16,304 bases of DNA from Gemmatimonadales bacterium. GTDB taxonomy: Bacteria > Gemmatimonadota > Gemmatimonadetes > Gemmatimonadales > GWC2-71-9. Each line of letters begins with the position of its first letter. Position 1 is the stretch's first letter. Below, piece after piece: positions 1 to 5,863 of the stretch. The DNA is taken from NCBI GenBank assembly GCA_039794085.1, contig JBDIWC010000071.1, positions 1 to 16,304 of the forward strand, in the 5' to 3' direction. The notes below the pieces were generated by a model. That model made no database searches. It saw only the letters and a list, made by a program, of their open reading frames with translations, and was not told the DNA's origin. The translations under genes and the position numbers were made by a program.

Positions 1-752
1 ATGAGCCCCTCGGTGCGGCGCTCCTCGGTGTCGAGCCGAAAACAGTGCGTTTCCAGAAAGGCCTCGTCCAGCAGCACACTGGCATCGGGAAGGTAGAAGA
101 GCGTCTGGTCCCGCCCCACGTCGGCGAAACCCGATTGCCGGAGGCGCTCGGGAGACACCGTCACAAAGGGCGCGTCCCGGGTGTACTGCACCACATCGGG
201 GCTCTCCCCCTGCAGGCGACCCCGGACCGTTAGCGTGCGTTCCCAGCGCCAGCGCTCGAGGAGGGGGCGGACCGAGATCGCAGTGAGGGCCGTCACCGTG
301 AGGGTCTTCCGGGCCTCTTCCCACATGGCAGCCAGTTCGGGACCCGCCACCCCACCGGTGCCGCAGGCCACCTCTCCCGCCACCACACTCACCTCGGGGA
401 GCAGGAACCGTTCCGGGTTCACCGCGATCCGCTGGATCAGGGTGTCCGTGAGGGCGCCCACCGTGAACGGGGCTGTCAGCGTGGTGGCGTAGCCGATCCG
501 GTCCACCTGAAGCTGGTAGGTGCCTGGTGCGCTCAGGGTCACCGTGCCCCGGCCCTGGGCATCGGTCAGGATCCGGATAAGGATCTGGTCGCTCCCCACC
601 CGGAGAAGGGACACCACCGTGCTCGGGGCCGCCGTGCGGCTCATGGTGTCCACCGTCTGCACCTGGACCACCTGGGCCGTGAGGCGGGGTGCCGTCACGG
701 TGCCAAGCATTTTCAGGGCGAGGACGGGGATGGTGCCCAGGTGGCTGATCAT
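1..752 (-). CDS. Exported protein with N-terminal carboxypeptidase-regulatory-like domain (3' end runs off the window)
   Basis: Absent from the ORF track because it has no stop in the window. My translation from ATG 752 is open to position 1: MISHLGTIPVLALKMLGTVTAPRLTAQVVQVQTVDT...LTDAQGRGTVTLSAPGTYQLQVDRIGYA...LPEVSVVAGEVACG...WEEARKTL...FYLPDASVLLDEAFLETHCFRL. It has a signal-like N-terminus ending LTA-Q and the TD..G...PG.Y.L...RIGY pattern typical of CarboxypepD_reg domains. Confidence 0.8.
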   Translation of the reverse strand, partial: MISHLGTIPVLALKMLGTVTAPRLTAQVVQVQTVDTMSRTAAPSTVVSLLRVGSDQILIRILTDAQGRGTVTLSAPGTYQLQVDRIGYATTLTAPFTVGALTDTLIQRIAVNPERFLLPEVSVVAGEVACGTGGVAGPELAAMWEEARKTLTVTALTAISVRPLLERWRWERTLTVRGRLQGESPDVVQYTRDAPFVTVSPERLRQSGFADVGRDQTLFYLPDASVLLDEAFLETHCFRLDTEERRTEGL

Positions 753-969
753 GTGGCTTGGAGATCGTGCAGATCCACTTCTGTCAGGGGACATACAAAT
801 CCCTCCCGGGTCCCGGATCGTAGACCAGACTACCCTGTGATGCCCTGTGAGGGAGACGTTCAGCCTCACCGGACATCACACAACCGGTTGGTCCCCCCCG
901 TCGGACGTCCCCGGGAACCCTGACTGCGCCGACGCCCTCTCCGCTTCCACCGTCACCCCTCACGCCTCG

Positions 970-1752
970 CTACCGCGTCCAGATTGCCAAGACACCGCAC
1001 TCCGAACCCCTACCCCCGAATTCCACCGGCATCTCCGAGAGGGACCGGTAGAGCTCAATGGCGGCGATCTGATGGATCGGCATGTCGTCGAGATTCGGGG
1101 GCTCCCCGGCAAACCCGAGCCTGACCCCATCCAGATAGATCTCGGCATAACAGGCCTTTGGCAGCCGCGGATCGATGGGTCGCCCACCGGAGGACCGTGG
1201 CCCACTCCCAGCCCGTCCTCCTCCGGTCGCCAAGAACCGCTTCCCCATTCCACGGATAATCCGGACGCCCGAGATCCCCTGCAAAACCTCCGGCAATCTG
1301 CGGTGTTCCAGTGTACGCAGCAAAGAGTCATCCCAGAACTTGCCCCCCACGTTGAACTCCCGGCGCCGCGCCCACTCGCGCAGCTTCACGGGGACCTCCG
1401 CCGGTCCCCGGGCCTTCGTCTCCACCTCGGGCAGGACCACCGCCTCCGCGGCCAACTGGATATCCACGACCGTCGTCCCTGTGTCCCCCATGAAACTCCG
1501 GAACATCATGAATGGCGCATATCCCAAGCGCCGGAACACAATCTCAAACCGACCGGAAGGAACGTCAGTGACCGTGTATCGACCCCGGCTATCCGTGGTG
1601 GCACGCCGGCCGGCTTCAGCCACGATGACGTCCACCCCCGCGAGATCCGCGCCCGTCGTATCCACGACGTGCCCGCGGAGCACATGCTGGGCTTGGAGGG
1701 GGGATCCGACCCACAGGAAACCCAGAGCGAGAACTCTCGCCCATCGGTGCAT
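970..1752 (-). CDS. Exported carboxypeptidase-regulatory-like domain + TonB-receptor plug-like domain protein, no beta-barrel
   Basis: From ATG 1752: signal peptide MHRWARVLALGFLWVGSPLQA-Q, then LRGHVVDTTGADLAGVDV...TTDSRGRY...VPSGRF...RRLGY (CarboxypepD_reg), then LPEVLQGISGV...CYAEIYLDG...IAAIELYRS...PVEFGG...CGVLAIWTR (plug-like), then stop. An in-frame alternative start at 1896 has a strong RBS. Confidence 0.8.
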   Translation of the reverse strand: MHRWARVLALGFLWVGSPLQAQHVLRGHVVDTTGADLAGVDVIVAEAGRRATTDSRGRYTVTDVPSGRFEIVFRRLGYAPFMMFRSFMGDTGTTVVDIQLAAEAVVLPEVETKARGPAEVPVKLREWARRREFNVGGKFWDDSLLRTLEHRRLPEVLQGISGVRIIRGMGKRFLATGGGRAGSGPRSSGGRPIDPRLPKACYAEIYLDGVRLGFAGEPPNLDDMPIHQIAAIELYRSLSEMPVEFGGRGSECGVLAIWTR

Positions 1753-2012
1753 CACACGCGGGAACGGACGCGAGTGATCACATTTTCGCTGATCAATGAC
1801 GGGATCCGTGGTGTTGGTCGTTCCCTGCAGAGTGCCCACGGCACCGCCGGTGCCAGGGTGGCGGTTGAGGAACGTTCCCTTGATGTCGTTACGCATGTAC
1901 TTGGGATCTCCTTCCTTCCGCGTGATGTGCACACACACACTCCGCGTGACTTGATGGTATTCCCGAGGATCGCCGTGTACCGTCGCACTCTCTCACGGTA
2001 AAGGTATAACAC

Positions 2013-2050
2013 GGTCGCATGGCGAGATGACTCCATCCCGCCATGCAACC
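2013..2050 (-). terminator. Long stem-loop downstream of the peptide gene (terminator or mRNA-stabilising hairpin)
   Basis: Minus-strand RNA GGUUGCAUGGCGGGAUG-GAGU-CAUCUCGCCAUGCGACC forms a 17-bp stem whose two non-Watson-Crick positions are both G-U. It is followed by GUGUUAUACCUUU and lies about 58 nt after the stop at 2108. Confidence 0.6.
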
Positions 2051-2107
2051 ACGTCCTGCGGCGTACTTTCCCGGCGTCTTACAGGCCGCTCCCAACTGAA
2101 ACCTCGT

Positions 2108-2362
2108 TCACGGCTCCAAAGCCGTATCGGTGCAATCCGAAGTGGAGCACCCGAAGTCCGGATAGTAGTCGCAGAAGTTCTGGGAATTCGGTTCCGGATA
2201 CACGCACTTCGAGTTCGAGATCTCACACACCTCACTTGCGTCGCACAGTCCACCCTGAGCCTCAAGCTGGCTGGAGTTCCAAGCCACGAACGCGTTCGCC
2301 GCCACCAGCGCTGCCACCAGCAGCAGCACCCTGATCAGACCCACATCTTTCAGTTTCGACAT
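2108..2362 (-). CDS. Small secreted cysteine-rich peptide (84 aa, 6 Cys)
   Basis: AAGGAG RBS 7 nt before the ATG. Basic N-terminus plus hydrophobic core (MSKLKDVGLIRVLLLVAALVAANAFVAW) and a likely cleavage site LEA-Q. Mature part has C-x5-C-x6-C-x10-C-x7-C-x4-C. It starts 29 nt after the upstream gene's stop. Confidence 0.8.
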   Translation of the reverse strand: MSKLKDVGLIRVLLLVAALVAANAFVAWNSSQLEAQGGLCDASEVCEISNSKCVYPEPNSQNFCDYYPDFGCSTSDCTDTALEP

Positions 2363-2391
2363 CCTGTACTCCTTGGTTGATGTCGGTACCG

Positions 2392-3774
2392 CTATTCAGG
2401 CAGCGGATCCCGGGCCCCAGGTGCCTGGCAGGCATCGTCCGGAAACCGCCACCTGAAAACGTGAGGGAGATCATCCTCCCCGAAGACTCGTGTGTAGATC
2501 CCATGTCCATCCGCATGGAGCGTCCGGGCATCCGTGGCCCGGACCCGGATGACGTCCAGCACCCGCCGTTCCCGGACGCTGATCCGGAGCCACGCCGTTG
2601 CCGTCCCGTCGGTGTATGTCTCGGGGTCAAACCCCGCCACCAGGGCACAGTCACCGGCATGCAAGAGCGCCGTGACCTGCGGACGCCACGGAGCAAAGGG
2701 GAGGAACGTCAGGAACTTCCGGTACTGCTCCCGCTGGGCCTTCCGGGGCAACTGCCGGAGCCAACTCCGGCTCCGGAACGAGGTTCGCGCCACATAGGCG
2801 ACCCCGTACCGGCTCGTGGCGGTTCGGGCCTCCTCGCCAACTTCCAGTCTCCGGTTCGGCCAGCTGAACCAGAGCGTCCGGCCCCCCGCGGTAGTCACGC
2901 TCAGGGTGGTGTCCCCTCGCTGGATGACACCCAACCATCCCGGGCCGCTCGCCCAGAGGGGGCGTGACTCGTAGAGCTGTTCCCAGTAGACCTCGCGCCG
3001 CTGTTCACTCCCGGCGAAACGCACCAGGGACGGCGGGAGGTCGAGCACAGCCATGGTCTCCGCCACGGCCGGACCGGCCAGGCGCACGAGCACCCCCGGG
3101 CCCTTGACCACCGAGTCCTCCCGACCAGGGGGCGGTTCCGGCGGCTGGACGAACACAACCAGGGAGCTGTCGGAGGAGCCGAGACGGCGCGACCAGTCCT
3201 CCACCCCGCTCCACGCCGGAAAATCCAGGAAGAGCGCGGGCCCGCGCATGAGATATGACATCCAGTCGCCACCCCGACCCACCTCTCTTGCGCTCAGGAG
3301 CGCGCCGGTCGAGCCGTCCAGCAGGGAAATCACCCCCCGGTCCGCCACCATCTGCAGCACCGCTACCGACTGGGACACCGTCGTGATCGCCACGGGATAC
3401 CGGAGCTCCCCCGGTCCGGGCCCCCGCCGGCTGAGCGCCGCGAGCGGGCGACCGGCAGAGGAGAAGACCTGCACATTCTCCGGCGTGAGGAGAACCATGC
3501 GCCCATCGGGGAACGAGGTGGCATCGATGACATTCGCCACCTCGGCGGGCACGAGGTCGAGATCGGACCGGAGCTCGGTCACCCGGTGATTCCTCGTCGT
3601 CCCGATGTCCAGAGGCGCCACCGCCACCCGGACCACCGTCGTGTCTCCCACCTGCGCGACAACCTCCGAGAGGGGCTCATCCACGGCTCCGGAGGCGCTT
3701 TCGCAGCCACCGATGAGCACAACCCCGAGGAGCATACCCGGGACGGTCCGAGCCCTCCGGTCGCGGGTCATCAT
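2392..3774 (-). CDS. 6-bladed beta-propeller (NHL/TolB-like) lipoprotein
   Basis: Real start is ATG 3774, overlapping the upstream stop as ATGA. Signal with lipobox LLGVVLIGG-C. Motif VQVFSSAGRPLAALSRRGPGPGELRYP matches the F...G.......GR.G.GPGE hallmark of this propeller family. The track ORF's first 216 codons are a shadow of the upstream gene. Confidence 0.8.
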   Translation of the reverse strand: MMTRDRRARTVPGMLLGVVLIGGCESASGAVDEPLSEVVAQVGDTTVVRVAVAPLDIGTTRNHRVTELRSDLDLVPAEVANVIDATSFPDGRMVLLTPENVQVFSSAGRPLAALSRRGPGPGELRYPVAITTVSQSVAVLQMVADRGVISLLDGSTGALLSAREVGRGGDWMSYLMRGPALFLDFPAWSGVEDWSRRLGSSDSSLVVFVQPPEPPPGREDSVVKGPGVLVRLAGPAVAETMAVLDLPPSLVRFAGSEQRREVYWEQLYESRPLWASGPGWLGVIQRGDTTLSVTTAGGRTLWFSWPNRRLEVGEEARTATSRYGVAYVARTSFRSRSWLRQLPRKAQREQYRKFLTFLPFAPWRPQVTALLHAGDCALVAGFDPETYTDGTATAWLRISVRERRVLDVIRVRATDARTLHADGHGIYTRVFGEDDLPHVFRWRFPDDACQAPGARDPLPE

Positions 3775-4379
3775 GCCCCCAGCGCTCGGCACGATGCGTC
3801 CAGCGCCCCCGCCCCCGCCCCTGCCCCACGCACCAGTTCCTCGGGCGCGGCCCCCGGCATCCGCACCACCCGCAGGCTCCGGTCCACTGCGTACACCGTC
3901 GGGGTCCCGATGACACCCATCCCCCCGGCCTGGTCCGCCGAGGCCAGCACGTACCCGGGAGACGGAAGACCGAACTCCTGGTGGAATGCCTCGATCTTCT
4001 CGGGGCTGTCGGGAAGGGAGAGCCAGAGGACCGCGGCGTCGAACTCTGTCCGCACTGTGGGGGGAGCCTTGGCCCAGGCTCCCGCCGCTCGTCGGCAGGC
4101 ACCGCAGGTGGTGCTGTATACGATCAGGAAGGTGCAGGGAGCCGCGGAGGACCTCGCCACAGCGGCGGACAATGGCATCGATCGAGAGTCCCCCGAGCGG
4201 CTCGACTCCACCGGCGTCACGGGCAGGTCGGGAAGAGCGTCCCCGATTCGAATGACCCGGTCTTCCCAGAGGGGAGCGGCATCCGACACCTCCACGGCAC
4301 TTCCCGCACGTGCGGGCCACACCAGTTGCCCCACCAGGGCGAGCCCCAGCAGACCCGCGACTCCACGCAATACTGACAT
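3771..4379 (-). CDS. Exported thioredoxin-fold (TlpA/redoxin-like) thiol-disulfide oxidoreductase
   Basis: From ATG 4379: signal or membrane anchor MSVLRGVAGLLGLALVGQLVW, then IGDALPDL (TlpA/AhpC-type N-terminal motif), FLIVYSTTCGAC (CxxC after a beta strand) and GVIGTPTVYAVD (cis-Pro loop). Coupled to the next gene by ATGA. Confidence 0.8.
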   Translation of the reverse strand: MSVLRGVAGLLGLALVGQLVWPARAGSAVEVSDAAPLWEDRVIRIGDALPDLPVTPVESSRSGDSRSMPLSAAVARSSAAPCTFLIVYSTTCGACRRAAGAWAKAPPTVRTEFDAAVLWLSLPDSPEKIEAFHQEFGLPSPGYVLASADQAGGMGVIGTPTVYAVDRSLRVVRMPGAAPEELVRGAGAGAGALDASCRALGA

Positions 4380-4678
4380 TCCGATTCCCTGTTTCACGCC
4401 AAACTCCAGTGCCAATGTCCACGACCAGTCATTCGTTCCCCATCCTACCGTCTTCCCCCGGCGGAGCACTGCCATTCACCACCACGCCTCGTGCAGAACC
4501 CCCGCAGTGTCAGATGACGTACGCTTTCAGCAGCCACCAGAGTACGCCTTCCTCTCTATAACGCATGACCACCCCGATATTGCCTACACGACCCCGCCCA
4601 ACCCCCTTCGCGGCCCCCCCGGGCCGGGCCCCGCCAACCCATCCCGTCGGCCCCGGGGACGGACCCGACCATCTCACC

Positions 4679-4705
4679 GGAACCATCACGGCGGTGGGCT
4701 CGTTA
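4679..4705 (+). promoter_or_regulatory. ECF-sigma-type promoter, probably autoregulatory
   Basis: GGAACC-N16-CGTTA matches the common ECF -35 GGAAC / -10 CGTT pattern. It lies about 60 nt upstream of the ECF sigma start codon. Confidence 0.55.
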
Positions 4706-4763
4706 CCTCAGGAATCCCTCGAGAAGGTCACGCGGCCCCCGGGCCGGGGAAGAGAGGAGTGAC

Positions 4764-5486
4764 ATGACCGATTCCTGGCCCCACGAGGTCGAAGCCACGT
4801 ACCGGCAACACCTCGACGCGCTCCTGGGCCATGCACGACAGGTCTGTCCCGATCAGAGTTCCGCCGAAGACGCCTGCCACGATGTGTTCCTGCGGATCGT
4901 GACGACTCCACGATCCGCCGACTCCCTCGGCCTCCCCTACCTGGTGGTCGCGGTGCGGAACGCCTGCCGCGATCACCTGCGCCGCGAGAAGAAATGGCGG
5001 CCCCTCGACCCCGGGGGACCCGAACCCGAGTCCACCGAGTCGGATCAGGACGAGGACGCCCGGTCCCTGCTGATCACGGGTTGGCAATCACTTGTCTCGC
5101 AGCGCCAGCTGATGGTGATCACCCTGTGGGCTGACGGCCTCTCCTACCAGGAAATCTCCGAGGCCCTCGAGGTGACCGCCACGACCGTGCGGACTCACCT
5201 CAACCGGGCCAAGGCCAACCTTCGCATGCTGGTCCGAGGGAGAGAGAGAGGAGAGAGGAGAGAGGAGAGAGGAGAGAGGAGAGAGGAGAGAGGAGAACAG
5301 CAGGGAGTAGAGAGTGGGATATCGACTGTTATAGGCAATTGGCGGTGGCCGGTGGGCGGTAGGGACCAACCGTCATCATCGTACGGGTCGTTAGCGGACG
5401 ACCCCTGGCTTCGGGGTTCCTCGTTGCTCACGCGGGATGACTCCCTCGCGATGACGGAGCCCTTGTCCTTCAGGACCCGTCGCTGA
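4764..5486 (+). CDS. ECF-family (sigma-70 group 4) RNA polymerase sigma factor
   Basis: RBS GAGAGGAG before the ATG. Region 2: AEDACHDVFLRI...YLVVAVRNACRDHLRR. Region 4: SQRQLMVITLWADGLSYQEISEALEVTATTVRTHLNRAKANLR. The C-terminal ~80 aa are read through and beyond a tandem repeat and may not be conserved. Confidence 0.9.
   Translation: MTDSWPHEVEATYRQHLDALLGHARQVCPDQSSAEDACHDVFLRIVTTPRSADSLGLPYLVVAVRNACRDHLRREKKWRPLDPGGPEPESTESDQDEDARSLLITGWQSLVSQRQLMVITLWADGLSYQEISEALEVTATTVRTHLNRAKANLRMLVRGRERGERREERGERREERGEQQGVESGISTVIGNWRWPVGGRDQPSSSYGSLADDPWLRGSSLLTRDDSLAMTEPLSFRTRR
5245..5293 (+). repeat. Heptanucleotide tandem repeat (AGAGAGG)x7 within a 62-nt purine-only tract (5236-5297)
   Basis: Seven perfect AGAGAGG copies counted directly, preceded by a short (AG)n run. 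It lies in the sigma factor CDS just after region 4. Confidence 0.95.
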
Positions 5487-5570
5487 AGGCACCGATCCCG
5501 TGCGTGAGGCCAACGACCGATGACCAATCACGGTGGGATCAAATGTGGGGTCAGGTCTTGTTCTTTGCAT

Positions 5571-5588
5571 TTGTGAATTATTTCACAA
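5571..5588. promoter_or_regulatory. Rex-type operator palindrome (orphan position)
   Basis: TTGTGAA-TTAT-TTCACAA is an exact match to the Rex consensus TTGTGAA-N4-TTCACAA, but it sits between convergent genes. Confidence 0.45.
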
Positions 5589-5743
5589 TCCCACGAGGCT
5601 GGGCCCGAGCCTCCTCTCTTTTCCTCACTCCTCTCCGCTCACTCCTCCAGGGCGTGAGCCCCGGGACACCACGATCCAAAGCCGTTTCAGCAGATGTCCG
5701 GCACCCGCCACACTAAAGGACGAACATGGGATATCGAAGGGGG

Positions 5744-5766
5744 CCCCGGCGTCCGCCGGGGTGACG
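5744..5766. repeat. REP-like hairpin, copy 1
   Basis: CCCCGGC-GTCC-GCCGGGG-TGACG; an identical 23-bp copy occurs at 16071-16093. Confidence 0.75.
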
Positions 5767-5796
5767 CTTCTTGCCATCCCCGCCTGACTGTTCGCT

Positions 5797-5837
5797 CCCC
5801 TCTCCCGCCCTGCGGGAGAGGGGCCGGGGGTGAGGGC
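5797..5837. repeat. REP-like intergenic palindromic element
   Basis: Perfect 12-bp stem CCCCTCTCCCGC-CCT-GCGGGAGAGGGG followed by CCGGGGGTGAGGGC. It resembles the widespread CCCTCACCCC...CCCTCTCCC...GGGAGAGGG dispersed repeat and could also terminate HDOD transcription. Confidence 0.65.
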
Positions 5838-5863
5838 CTTCGAACTTCGAACTTCAAACTTCG
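5838..5863. repeat. Short heptamer tandem repeat (CTTCRAA)x3.7
   Basis: CTTCGAA CTTCGAA CTTCAAA CTTCG, overlapping the HDOD stop codon at 5854-5856. Confidence 0.7.

Noticed and set aside
60..130. Suspected frameshift in the left-edge gene
   Set aside because: Re-reading the reverse complement shows the frame is continuous (GFADVGRDQTLFYLPDASVLLDEAFLETHCF).
847..2001. 384-aa plus-strand ORF
   Set aside because: Antisense to the plug-like protein gene, with no recognisable motifs.
2108..2362. Peptide as a SCIFF/ranthipeptide or lanthipeptide precursor
   Set aside because: It has a Sec-type hydrophobic signal rather than a RiPP leader, and no radical SAM, lanthionine synthetase or C39 peptidase gene is in the window. 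Disulfide bonding is the simpler reading.
4395..4415. Minus-strand TTGGCACTGGAGTTTGGC as a sigma-54 promoter for the redoxin operon
   Set aside because: The -24 element looks good but the GG-N10-GC spacing is not met.
3775..4422. N-terminal 216 codons of the 676-aa track ORF 2392..4422
   Set aside because: Low-complexity G/R/P shadow translation overlapping the thioredoxin-like gene in another frame. The lipoprotein signal and ATGA coupling place the true start at 3774.
5245..5293. CRISPR array or coding repeat domain
   Set aside because: The unit is 7 nt with no spacers, so it is a simple sequence repeat. No cas genes or 25-45-bp spaced repeats occur in the window.
5714..5740. Possible sigma-28 promoter TAAA-N15-ATCGAAGG
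   Set aside because: The -10 match is poor and no sense gene lies downstream; it would only read antisense into HDOD.
5504..5787. Plus-strand ORFs 5504..5716 and 5533..5787 as an anti-sigma factor
   Set aside because: They are translations of the palindromic and repeat elements, with no RBS, zinc-finger HxxxCxxC, FecR-like or convincing membrane-anchored architecture.
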